From: Aplysia californica
Lineage: Eukaryota
NCBI RefSeq assembly: GCF_000002075.1
Contig: NW_004797341.1
Span: 785,369-849,368 of the forward strand
Length of the DNA: 64,000 bases
Direction of reading: 5' to 3'
The notes under the pieces were generated by a model. That model was not told the DNA's origin, did not search any database, and saw only the letters and a program-made list of their open reading frames with translations. A program made the position numbers and the translations under genes. Position 1 is the first letter of the stretch. Each line of letters begins with the position of its first letter. Positions 50,900-62,654 of this stretch are shown here, piece by piece.

Positions 50900-52775
50900 C
50901 AGTCTCAGAGACCATGAATGTGTTTGTATATCTTATACTCCGTTGTAGGTGGTACATAGGGTGTTAAAAACTGTTTTAGGGAGTCAGGTGATAGATCATG
51001 TAAGCACTTGTAGCAAGTTAAACAGATTTTATATATATATTATGCTCTTTCACCGGGAGCCAGTGTTGTTCTTTTAAAATAGGAGTCACATGATCATGTT
51101 TTAGTTTCTTAGTAATTATTTCGGAAGCAATATTTTGTGCTCTTAGTAGTTGTTGTAACAGTTCATCAGGTACACCAGCAAGTAAGGGATTACGGTAATC
51201 AAGCCATGACAATATAAGTGAGGTTATTTAAGTTTTGGTGACATATATGGTGATGATAGATATTTTCTAATACTGCCTATTTTCTTCAGTTGGAGATATA
51301 GACTTTTACAAAGATTGGATACATGGAATTTCATTGACATATCCTGATCTAGCACTATACCGAAATTTTTTATTTTAGGTGGGGCTGATGTTTCATGGCC
51401 GTTGATGTTTATACTGATATTGTCGATTTCATTGCATGCACTGCTACGAAAAAATAATATTTCGATCTTATCCTCATTTAATTTTAATTTGTTCTTGAGT
51501 ATCCATTTTCTAATATTATTGATACATCTGGCAATTCTATCGATGAGATTGTGTACATTGTCAGTTGTAGTAAATCCATACAGCTGTGTATCGTCTGCAT
51601 AAAGATGATAATTAAGGGCATATAAAGAAATTATTGATGACAGACTTTGTGTGTACATTGTAAAGGTGACAGGACCAAGGAATGAACCCTGAGGGGCTCC
51701 ATACTTCAGAGGTAACATATCTGACACATCATTGCCAATTTTCACAGACGTAAATATATTTTCTAGATATGATTTATATTAACCACAATAGAACAGTACC
51801 TGATAGTAAAAATGACTCTCCGAATCTCTCTAGTAAAATTTCGTGGTCGATGGTATCGAACGCCACTGAGAAATCAAGTAGAACCAAAACACAGACTTTT
51901 TTAGTATCGATTTCATTTAAAACATCTGATGATACCTTTAAAAGAGCTGTTCCCATACTAAGGTTGTTCCATGTCATTAGCCTTTAAATGTTGTTGAACT
52001 TGACACAAAACTATTTTCTCCAGGATTTTTGATAAAAAGTTAAGATTAGAAACAGGCCTAAAATTTTCTAGGTCGTTTTCATCAAGACCTTGCTTTTTAA
52101 GTAAAGGTTTTACAATGGCTTGTTTGAAAAGATCAGGTACGATTCCAGTGGTGAGTGACATTAATAAAACGAGTAACATATGGTGCGAGATCTTCAATGC
52201 ACGTAACTAACAATGAAGCGGGTATTGGGTCTAAGTCGAATGTTTTAGCGGGGGACTCTTTGATATTCTTAATGACATCTTTCTCTGATACCACTATAAA
52301 TTCACTCAATGTTGATTTGTTCATAATTGCAAGATTTTCATCAACAACTATATTTGTATTTACATATAACATATCAGAGTCTAAATTAGTTCTTATTCTT
52401 TCAATGTTATCATTGAAAAAGTGCAGAAATTTACGACAAAGTTCTTTATCAGTTCCAGGTGGAAACCGTGTACAATTCTCCCTTCCCAATAATTGATTAG
52501 ATAACCGAAAAAGTTCCTTGCAGGAGTTTACATTTTGAAATTTGTTAAGATAGAATTGTTTTTTGTTGTTTTCAATCAGGGTGTTGCCAAAACCTGCTTG
52601 TTGACGAGGAGGCCGGTCTTTCTAAGCTGTCTCTCCGCTTTCCTTCGTTGTTTTTTGGCCTCTTTGATCTCGAGAGTAAACCACGGAGATGCTGGTCTAG
52701 GTGACATCTTACGAGTGACTACGGGAGCATGTTTGTCCAATGCATTAAACAGAACTGAAGAGAACCGATCTACAG
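50900..52775 (-). mobile_element. Degenerate L2/CR1-group LINE
   Basis: LDPIP, FRPVSNLNFLSKILEKIV, LLDFSVAFDTIDH, GAPQGSFLGP, YADDTQLY, HVTPILKEQHWLPV; frameshifts. Confidence 0.93.
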
Positions 52776-53030
52776 CTGTAGAGGGGAAGAGCCTGAAACA
52801 GCGATGCATTCTCCCTGATGATCTCCATGCTAGAGTATGGGATGCAGAGGTTACATAGCAACTAGCATCATTAAGTGGATAAGAGTGGCAGGACTTACTG
52901 CAAAGAAAAGTAACGCACTCATAAACTCCCTTCAGGAGACAGTAGAGAAAGCCAGTCATTGGATCTGATTGAAGCGAGAGGACGCAGGCTGGAATGAATC
53001 CTAAGAGTTGGCAGCAGAGGAAAATAGTTG

Positions 53031-53657
53031 GACTAGAATAGAGACCTCACATCGGTGAGGGGATTTGGTGCATCGGAACAGCGGTAGAGACTAAGAGCCC
53101 TAAACAGCGACGCACTCTCTCCTGATGATCTCAATGCTGGAGTTCGGCTGTTAGCAGTGCATTCGGCTGTTTTAAACTACATACCTACCAGTAGCAGGTG
53201 TATGCTATGGACATCCAGGAAAGACAGGACGACAACCCGGAGTGACGGGTGGACATCAGGAAAGACCGAGGATGTCGGAAAAGACCAACGTTGGCAGGGG
53301 CAAACTACCCAGGTAAGCACGAGTTAGGTCAATCACTTGAAAAGACAGCCCCAGGATCCAACGAGAGGGGGGAGTAGAGGATGGATCCACAAGGACGGAT
53401 TCAATGGACAATGACCTAAGCGTGAAAAAGACATAGCAGGAAGAAAGTCAAGAGAACAGCTTAATATGTGAGCAGTGCTACAGAAAGTTCGAATCTTGGT
53501 GAGGGCTGAGAGTGCACCAGGGAAAATCTGTTTAAGGAAGAGAAGACAGTGCAGATCGACAGGAGAGAGTGCGTCGCTGTTTCGGGCTCTTCCTTCCTCT
53601 CTACAGCTTTTCTGACGCACCGAGCCCCCTCACCGATATGAGGTCTCCATGCTAGTC
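53031..53657. repeat. ~100-bp inverted repeat (53031-53130 / 53554-53657) with a partial third copy near 52772-52840
   Basis: GACTAG..GAGACCTCA.ATCGGTGAGGGG..AAACAGCGACGCACTCTC and its reverse complement. Confidence 0.8.
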
Positions 53658-53828
53658 TGACTGTTGAGTGAAAAGAGAAAAAGGAGCTAAAGTTTCCACT
53701 GCCCCGTCCACAGAAAATCATCATAACTGTAAGATAACATAGACATAATACTAAGCATACATCATCACATATGCGGTACAATTGTATGAGGTCATAATTG
53801 CTGGTAGAAAACACTGACTATAGCCCAC

Positions 53829-53935
53829 CTGTGCTGTGATGTCACGCGGAAGTTCTATGTCTGCGCTCAAGTCAGAGTCAAGGTCAATGTGAGTAGGACT
53901 TCTCACATATTTGAGAAATCTTTGTGCAATATCCC
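53829..53935 (-). CDS. COQ5: COQ5 exon 3
   Basis: (G)DIAQRFLKYVRSP...RDITAQ|GTGGGC. Confidence 0.9.
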
Positions 53936-54634
53936 CTGCAAAAAGCAATGATGTATTCATTAGAACTTGTAAGTAATTTACACCTGGTCAACTGTTCAAA
54001 CAATGAAAAAAGGTACCTATTATTTAAAGAAAATTTCTGTTGCTGATTATACAATTGGCAACAGACCAAACACCATTTGTCATCATTACAATTTTTAAAA
54101 GCTCATTCCGTAGGAGTAAAGAAAAATGAAGCAACCAAAACAACATGAGAAGGGCATTAAAAAATGAGGACATCTCTGACAATAACGTTTGTTTTTCACT
54201 GGCCTGGATTTTATCTCATGCCATAGTGCATGTGAATAATTAGGCTACTGGGTGCCAGGAAAAGACGGGCACTTCATGTCAAACTTCATTGTATTGACTT
54301 TTTCTAGATATATTTGGTGTAGTGAAGTCTCCAACACATTGAGTTTGTTTAAACCCACAAAATGTTCACTTCGCTGTATTGACATTCTCAGAATTTAGAG
54401 CATATTTTCTGCATAGCTTTTCATAGAGCAAGGCTCTGGATCTAGATGTCTATATCCAAGATGCATTTGGAGCACAGAATTCAAGACTGATTTGGAGTAC
54501 TTAGCAAGAACATGTCAATCTAGATCCAGATCTGTTCGGAATAAAGATGTCCATGGAATATTAGTTAATAATGTAGTAAGAAGCCCCATAAGCGTAAAGT
54601 TTGTTTAATCCGACAAAACAGAGGTGAAAGCGAT

Positions 54635-55074
54635 ATGAAACGGAGAAAGGCGTCTATCAATCAGAATTTACGTTCTGACAGTCAGAATCTGGAGGAAGAT
54701 CTTGAGCATGCTAGGCCAAGAAAGAATGGACGAACGTTGGCCTTAGCGTGCAAGGCACAGTCCTTTAGTGAAACTAATGTTGATTGGAGATTACGGACAC
54801 ATGACTGCGGTGAATCCAGTGTCATCTGTGAACATTGCAATGCCATAAGAAGGAGAGAAGAGAGAAATACATTCTGCTTAGTATACCTGTACCTCCCGCA
54901 CCCTTTCAGGAACTAATAAAATGTTACGATGTAACACAGAGCGGCAGCTCTTTCTTACCACACTGTATGTCATACAATAATGCTCTCGCGGTTGCTTCAG
55001 TTGGGTGCAGTGAACAAGCTGAACAAGGCTTCAAAATCTGGGGCAAGCTGTACCACAAACATTTTATCTTGTGA
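54635..55074 (+). mobile_element. Helitron RepHel N-terminal relic
   Basis: HDCGESSVICEHCNA..EE..FC and YNNALAVASVG..FKIWGKLYH match Helitron N-terminal motifs; frameshifted. Confidence 0.75.
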
Positions 55075-55323
55075 TTTCCTATCACTAAATTACCATTCGT
55101 AGAACGGGTCTGTATCTTATACAGTATAACACAGATAGGTCGGACACAGAAGACAGGAAATCCCGCATCCGTTGAACTGTGCCTGCGGCCACACTTCCCC
55201 CACCTTCTTTATCTTTATAAGATATCCCTCGAACTACAGATCCCTCGTACTACTGGGGCCGGTCCAGACAAATTCAAGCTATCTGTGTTATACTATATAT
55301 ATTCAAGCTTCAGAACACTTTAC

Positions 55324-55473
55324 CTGTTCCCCCGGCAACATCCAGCAGTTTTGTCCCAGGCGCAGGGGAGAACCTGTCCATGAACACATCCTTCCACACG
55401 CGGTGCAGTCCTCCACTCATCACATCATTCATGAGGTCATAGGTCTTGGCCACATTACTAAATACTTCATGTA
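55324..55473 (-). CDS. COQ5: COQ5 exon 2
   Basis: [29 protein letters not shown]...LLDVAGGTG (UbiE/COQ5 signature and SAM motif I). Confidence 0.97.
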
Positions 55474-55614
55474 CTGAAAAAGAAAAAGAAGTTTTGATCA
55501 AATATTGTTCATATTTCAATGCACAAGAGATAAAACAATAATTGCGTATTTATATATATATACATATATACATAGCCGCTGTTCAAAATAGGATGCAAAG
55601 AAAATTTTTTACTA

Positions 55615-56507
55615 CAGTCGAACCTGCCATGACGGCAACCTGTATAATATGGCCACCTGTACAAACAGCCACTTTCCATTTCCCTCCTTGTTTCTTAAAT
55701 ATAATTTAACTGTGTAAAATGGTCACCTGTCCAACGCGGCTGCGGCCACCTTATTCTATCAACCCACAGTCAAATTTACCTGCCTGAGGTGGCCAGGCGT
55801 GGTCACTCATCGCCCCACGCTTTGTCAAAAATTTATTTTTTAATCGGCCCCTCACACAGTGGATGGGCCGTCATAATCCATTCACCTGTCGTTATAGTTA
55901 GTCCCTCCAATGAATGTTAACCCAAGTTGACCAATAGGTAACAATAAATTTTCAACTGCTGGTGAGGAAATCGTGATCTGTCATAACCTATGAGCCCCGG
56001 CACAACTCATACACAAATCGTATGTGAGGAGACTGGAAACTGTTTTGTTTACCTAATCTGTAGCAAAGTAACGATGACGTTGACGTGAATCTGCAACAGA
56101 AGCGTCACTCGTTGTCCGAGTGGAGGCGACCTGCGTGTTTGTTTTATTATGACGCTCTGTCTTTGTCTCACATACATGTATTTAGTTTATTTTACCCTTG
56201 AACAAAAATCAACAACAACAACAAAAAAAGCGTACCATAAAAACAAACCAACAAAACAACAATACACCCCCTTCTCATACCACCCAACCCCCCTTTTCAA
56301 AAGAAAACAAAAACCCTTTTAAATTAGCCTTACGGCAGTACAATCCAAAGCCTGAGAACTGAGATCAGCCGAGGTTCGAACCTCAGAAGAGAATGGTTTG
56401 CTTTCTTCATTTTGATCAGTCCTGCCAAAGACGGCCACCTATGTTATACTGTTATACGGCCACTTTGCTACTTGACAATGGGTGGCTGTTTTACAGAGGT
56501 TTGACTG
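55615..56507. mobile_element. pogo-like MITE
   Basis: TA|CAGTCGAACCT...AGGTTTGACTG with GGCCACCTG subterminal repeats. Confidence 0.75.
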
Positions 56508-56885
56508 TTAATTCATATCAAACAATATCCTCTATGGACGTCCGTAGAACTTATATATATGAAAAATAATAACTTAAAAAAAAAAAATGTGACTTCATTT
56601 TTGGAACTGGCATTAATAAGTTACAAATGCTCAACCCTCGAAACTGTTTTTAATACAACTCTGAAAAAACAACAACTTAATCAGGCAAAGCTCTGAAATA
56701 AATCACTTGGTAAGCAATCATTACAAATTTATAGTTTTTATTTGAAGAAAAAAGAAAAAACAAACCTTCAACTCATCACTGTTCCCTAAGAAAAAAGTGA
56801 AGTTAACCCCCTTAAATAAGTTCATGCTGAAAGCAGAGATTCATAATTTAATGTTCATGTTACTATCACTGTCACCATTACAAGT

Positions 56886-58080
56886 ATGTCCAGGGGTTCT
56901 CGAGGTTCAGAGGTGACAGTGTTTGCCTGTCATTCAATAGATCCTGGGTTCGTATCAGGAAAACGACAGAAAATGTTCTCCTTTCACCTCCTTTCCAGCT
57001 CTTTAACAATGTTCTGTCGTCTGCTTTCGTCTCCACTTTCGGCTCCCACCCCCTCACCTCTTTTGCCCCCTCGTCTGGGCTTTTGACTTTTTCTGCAGCT
57101 TTTATACTGCTACTCCTTGGCTCTTCTTAAGCCCCGGTTACACGCAATGATAAAATGTATCAGATTCGTTGTATGTGAGAACTGTCTGTTTTATCAAACC
57201 GTGCGTTGTCTGTTTACACGTTCCAATCTATCGTAGTTTTCTTTCGATTGAGGAGATTCCTCGTCATAAAGCCACCAGTCTCTTTGCGACAAAAGCTATT
57301 TGCCTGCACTCTACGCGAACGTTTCGAGCTTGGGACCTAATGAATGAAAGGCGAACACTGTACCTCTAGTTCACGAGAGCCCCCCTCCCCCCGTACATTT
57401 TGATATAGCAGAACAGTGTCTTCTGAAAAGGGTGGCCATACTGTACCGTGTTGTTTGTAGAAAGAGAAACTTTGACTGGCCTGCAGATGTGCAACGCACT
57501 GAGCGACCTTGATGCACAACTTCACCATTGACAATCAATTAAATAATAAAATTACTAAAGTTTACATAATTTTGAAATCAAATCAGGTTCCCCGCGAGCT
57601 ATTCTACTTATTCTGAGACACTGATTCCGAAAATAAAATCAGTCTTAAAATGCAATAATTATTTTAAAAATTTGGCGCTCCAAGTTTAATCATGCGCGGC
57701 GGTAAATTTCAAAATGATTCTACGTCACAGCGCGTCTCCCCCAAATCTGAACGTGAGCGCAGGTTAGTCTTCAAGCCATTGTCCAATCGCCTAAATTTTG
57801 TATAATTTTATGGTTACACCTAAGGATTTATCGTATGGTCCCTAGATCGTCTAACTTTTGTACAATCTATCGTTACGTGTAACCGGGCCATTACTGCTGT
57901 CTTTCAGCCACACCTCTGATTTCATAATAAAGTTAAGATTTCACACCTAGCTTTCTTGGATAAAGGCGAAAAATCTCGAAGGTCCCCTGTGCAAGTTGCC
58001 CACGTTAAAGATCCCTTGGTGGTCCAAAATCGATAAGAGTAGGCTTCGGCTGCTACCCGAGCAAAGTTCTAAATTTCATA
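56886..58080 (+). mobile_element. tRNA-derived SINE (Nin/Meta-like central domain) interrupted by a Harbinger MITE
   Basis: Decayed A/B-box head (GGTTCGTATC) and GGTCCC..CACGTTAAAGATCCC core at ~57980-58015. Confidence 0.45.
57130..57890. mobile_element. PIF/Harbinger-like MITE
   Basis: TTA TSD; TIR G.CCCGGTTACACG.AA.GATA. Confidence 0.8.
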
Positions 58081-58836
58081 CCAACTGAAAATGTTCAATG
58101 AGTCCTGTGCGCTCATACGACCTTATAATGATTTCAAATGCAGTTGCGAGCGCCGTAAAACACTTGAAAAAAAAAAACCCAACAAAAAAACCCTTAAAAG
58201 TGTGTCCCAAGAGCATGTGGCTGACTCACTGGCTATGTCAATCATCAGAAGACAGGGGGATGTCTTGGACAGTATCTTTTCAATATTTAAAAAAATGCAC
58301 ACTGGTCTCCATCTAATAGCACGCACCTCGGGTGACAAAAGCATGTTCTTATATTATACAATTTATATATGTACTACTGAGCAATTTCAAAGCGGGGTAT
58401 TCTAGAAGTTATTTCTGTCGAACCTTATCTTATTGATTGTTGGGAACCACTTAACATTAAAAAAAATTTACCTTCTGTAGTGAGTTGCGTCACTGAACTG
58501 ATCTCACTCTAGTGTGTGAAGCTTTCCTATGTCGAGTGATTGTGAGCAATGATCTTCTTAATTATTGCAAAACTCTCACACTGTCTGCCAGCCACGCATG
58601 GCCGCTCACCGTTTTTCGTAATTGTGCAACTCTACCTCACACCTTGTCTATCCACATACTATTCTCCCTAACAAGCCGAAATTTCAAATATTAAGGGAAG
58701 GCATTATTGTGTTTACTGAACTACAATATCGCATTTCATATGATGATTATGATACAACGTTTCGTGATGGACGGTTAGCCTACCCCCAGATTTACACAAT
58801 TCATCCTTTCTACAAGCTGAGCCCCCTTTCAATGAA

Positions 58837-59619
58837 AGCCACCTCTATTCTCACCCCGGGTGAGAATAGTGAAGGCGAGTCTTTTGGCTATTCTCACCCG
58901 GTGTGCGTTCACCGTAGAGCCTAGATCTAGGCCAACCAATTTTGCGTTCACCCTGAACCACAGAATTCTAGACTGTGATAACGGAAAAATTGTAGAATTC
59001 TGTGCCGTGAACAAACGTTCCATTACTACTGTTAGCCTAAAAAAAAGCGTACAATTTTGTCTTTGGGCAGTGGAGAGAGAGAGAGAAAGAGAGGAGTAGC
59101 GCGAGAACTTCCGGGCAAAACAAAATGGCGACCCGCGTAGTTCAGCTCGATTCGAAAAGTTAAATAGCTGTAGCATCTTTGTAGACGACCAAATTAATTT
59201 ACTTTTGTGTTTTAACATCATTTTTAACTTTGTTTTGGTCAATTTGATCGTCCACACCGATAGACAGTATTCAGAAAGAGACAAAGAGAGAGAAGAGGGG
59301 AGGAGTAGATCTTGCGAGAACTTCCGGGCAAAACAAAAAGGTGAGCCGCATAGTTCGGCTCGATTCGAAAAGTGAAATAGCCATAGCATCTTTGTAGACG
59401 ATCAAACTAGCTTACTTTTGTGCTATAACGTAATTTTTTCTGCCATTTTTTCTTTGCTTTTATCCATTTGATCATCCACACCGATAGAAAGTATTCCGAA
59501 ATTAGGAAAAACAGGTCTTGTTTCACACCGGGTGAGAATAGCCTATGGTGGCAAGTCTCACCCGGGGTGAGAGGTCGATCGTATTTTTATTCTCACCTCG
59601 GGTGAGCATAGCCACTTCC
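58837..59619. mobile_element. 9-bp-TSD MITE, opposite orientation to the 20636 copy, with an internal ~200-bp duplication
   Basis: TTCAATGAA at 58828-58836 and 59620-59628. Confidence 0.92.
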
Positions 59620-59673
59620 TTCAATGAAAGGAATGATCGGAGCATTAACATCAACTTAAAGTCATTGGCCTAC

Positions 59674-59940
59674 TAGATATCTAGATCTAGATCTAGATCT
59701 AGATTCTATATTTACACTCTACTGAAAAGGAGCAATAAATCTTGAGAGAAAAGTGACACATGTATGTATGTCATGTGTTTCCAAGTTGCCAAATATATAA
59801 TAGATGTTAACTTTAGAACTAGAATAGAATCTAGATCTAGATATCTAGATCTAGATCTAGATCTCTATATATATCTAGATCTACATCTTAGATCTATATA
59901 GATCTAATATAGATATAGTATAGATTCTAGTCTAGATCTA
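59674..59940. repeat. (TAGATC)n self-complementary arrays at the start of COQ5 intron 1
   Basis: Runs at ~59674-59706 and ~59818-59940. Confidence 0.9.
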
Positions 59941-59951
59941 CACCGTTGCAC

Positions 59952-60138
59952 CTTTTTGTTCCTTTTCCTCTTCAGGTACGGACTGAAACCCAAAGTGTGT
60001 TTCTGTTTGTCTGTCTTGATCAGTTTCACTTTCTCCATGAGCGCCAGATCCACGCACAGCGAAAAATCGAACTGCATAGCTTTGGCTTTGTCTTGAACGT
60101 CGCCGGAGAAAAAGTTGCCTCATCAAGGGCGCAGCCAT
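59952..60138 (-). CDS. COQ5: COQ5 exon 1 (mitochondrial transit peptide plus THFGF)
   Basis: MAAPLMRQLFLRRRSR...ETHFGFQSVPEEEKEQK; phase-1 donor. Confidence 0.93.
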
Positions 60139-60368
60139 CTTTTTTTGATTGTCAGGATCGCTCGTTGAATAAATTCTATAAACATAAAAACAAAAGACAA
60201 TTCAATACTAAATTAGATTTATATTGCAATGATTGACGTTAATCAATTATAAAAATAGTTTAAAAATAATTTTCTATAAAATATTATCTAATCTGAATAT
60301 TTAATAATGTTTTTGTAAATAAGAAACAAGCGTAAACTCAGCACTCCCTGTTACCGGCTGTAAACAAA
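60139..60368. promoter_or_regulatory. Compact bidirectional promoter COQ5/HEATR6
   Basis: 230 bp between divergent ATGs with an AT-rich core; both ATGs lie within YY1-like AA(G/A)ATGGC. Confidence 0.75.
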
Positions 60369-60545
60369 ATGGCAGCAGTGCGGCACAATATTGATGCCGC
60401 AGAGGCTAAGAAGTTTCGTGACGCCCTCACACGATTACGTAGTTTTGTATTTAGAGAGGACGAAAAGACGAAGACAACATTGAGTCTTCTTTTAGACGAA
60501 TCTATTGCCGTGGACTCTTCTGTATATTCATTTCACAGTGAATAT
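60369..60545 (+). CDS. HEATR6: Probable HEAT repeat-containing protein 6, exon 1 (gene continues beyond the window)
   Basis: FRDALTRLRSFVFREDEKTKTTLSLLLDESIAVD resembles the HEATR6 N-terminus as I recall it (FR....RL......D....T...LL.D..I); TAT|GTAAGT donor. Confidence 0.65.
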
Positions 60546-60637
60546 GTAAGTGTTATTTATTGGTGCAAATCAAGTACAAGGCAAGCAGCAATGGAATGTC
60601 TATAACTATAATAATAATAGTATTATAGGTTATAGTC

Positions 60638-60672
60638 CTAGAGTCTAGAGTCTAGATCTAGATCTAGATCTA
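60638..60672. repeat. (TAGAGTC)/(TAGATC)n array in HEATR6 intron 1
   Basis: Direct reading. Confidence 0.9.
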
Positions 60673-62072
60673 CCAGAGCCACCACTTTCTGTTTACTCAT
60701 GTATTTGCCTTTGCTGGACTCAAGTGTAAGGGTAGGGGTAGGGTTAGCCCTAATCATACCCCTTTTATTTGAACTCACCAAAAATGTGAATAAAACGCTG
60801 GGAAGTGGAAAATTTTCTGGTGATCTTTTGTAGTTCCGTTTGTTAACTCTTGTCCTGCGTCTGTGCTGAGATGCGAATCTTATCAGCAACCGATTACGTC
60901 GGACGTTCCGGGCAGGCCGCCGGGGTCACTCAGTGTCTACTGTTGGTGTACAGTGCGCACCGGGAAACATGTGTTTTTGCCATGAGTGCCGTGGGAGTGT
61001 GTTTATCGATGATGAAAATAACGCTCTATCTTTCATAGCTTTCTATTTGTAAAAGGGTTACAAACACGTGAATAACCCCCTCCCACAAGCCGATAAGACA
61101 TTATGAGTAGTTGTGCCCATTCGAATAACCTTTCTCGACACGCTCTTGTTGTTATGAATGACCTGAGGTTCGAAAGGGGATAATATAGGTCAATTTCCTA
61201 ATGTTTTGCTCTCAAAATGTTCTTTGTACCTGCACAATGGTATTCCTTTCGAACTCCTCATGTCTAAGTGGGTCAATTTCTTCTATAATTTCATTGGACG
61301 AACATCTAGAGCTACCAACTTGGCGTCTTTTGAATGAGACGTATGCCTCGATTTCGAACCAACACAGGCGGTTCTAGAAGAAGGCCACAAACGCACACAA
61401 ACTCGAGCAGACTGACGCACACACACTTGACCTGCGTGAATGGGGTTCCGACGTGGGACCCGAATTTCACGTGAGATGATGCTTGGCGCGCATGCACTAA
61501 GCCAGGGGCTAGACTGACTCGGGACCAGAACGCAGGCGAGGTGCTGAAATAGGCTTATCGGGCGACATAAACCCGGCCCCAGCAGGACGAGGGTTAAAGT
61601 CCACGATCCATTTGTTTACATCCAGAGAAGAAATCCAGAAGTCACGATTACCAAATAGGCAACACAAAGAACAGGGATGCAGCCTAACTGCAAAACATCA
61701 AATTATGGTAAAATTAGGGGGGCAAGCCCCCCTGAAACCCCCCTGCCTCTACTCTTGACTCTTGGAGCCCAAACCTGCGCATAACAATGAATCCAATAAC
61801 AATTCGGGAGGGGGGGGGGGGGTGGGAACTGTGGGAGCTGCCGAAAAAGCGCCATTCTTTGCTTGAATTTTGATTTTCTGGCTTTAAGGTGTTTCCTTCC
61901 TGTCTCATGCTTAGTTCTGTCCTCAACTATTACCTGGCAATTCAGGGTCTCTGGCGTTCAGCTTTGGACTTTAATGAACGAAACTACAAAGTCACCAATT
62001 TCCTTAGTCTTTGCCCTTGCCTTAGGCCAATTCTAACATCATCATGCTTGCACATAATGACATCATGGCATT

Positions 62073-62650
62073 TGTTGAGGATTTATTATGTTTGTGGAGA
62101 AATTCAATTCGTAAAGTTCAATGCTTCAAAGAGATAATGGCTCAGTCTAATTAGATCCTCGCTCAATTGTTGTAAGAACTACTGGTGTAATTGAGTTCCA
62201 ATAAAATCACGTTGTCTGTTCTGTTAGCTCTAGCATTGTGTTCCTAATTTCACGTTGATACAAACGTGACATGGTGGCAGCGGGGTAAATGTTAAAAATA
62301 ATTAATTTCATGCACTCAAGCCTTTGATAAAAATAACGTAGAGTCAGTTTGCGCATTTTTTTACTTTGTCACGATCTTTGTTAAAGGGAAGGCCAGTTTT
62401 GAGTGTCAGAGAAAACGAAAGTAGGCTGCGGACGCCACATGAGAAAATTTGCGGTGATTTTTGGCTGTGCGCAGGAGAATGAAGGCAACCCCAGATCTAG
62501 GGCAAGGCTTAGCACGCGATCGGACGAGCGAAGCATGGGACGCAACCTTTGAAATACTGAGCACAACCAGAAGGACTCAGTAGTTATGTATCTTCTTTCA
62601 GTCACTGTTCAAGAGCAAGAACACAAAAGTCTGTCTTCTGATGGAGTGTG
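62073..62650 (+). mobile_element. Gypsy-like 5' LTR (~62073-62271), PBS and start of internal region
   Basis: TG...CA with internal AATAAA, followed immediately by TGGTGGCAGCGG (62272-62283, tRNA-Leu-type PBS); LTR start is uncertain. Confidence 0.55.
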
Positions 62651-62654
62651 AGGT

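Noticed and set aside
56886-56965. tRNA gene
   Set aside because: No cloverleaf and degenerate boxes; better explained as a SINE head
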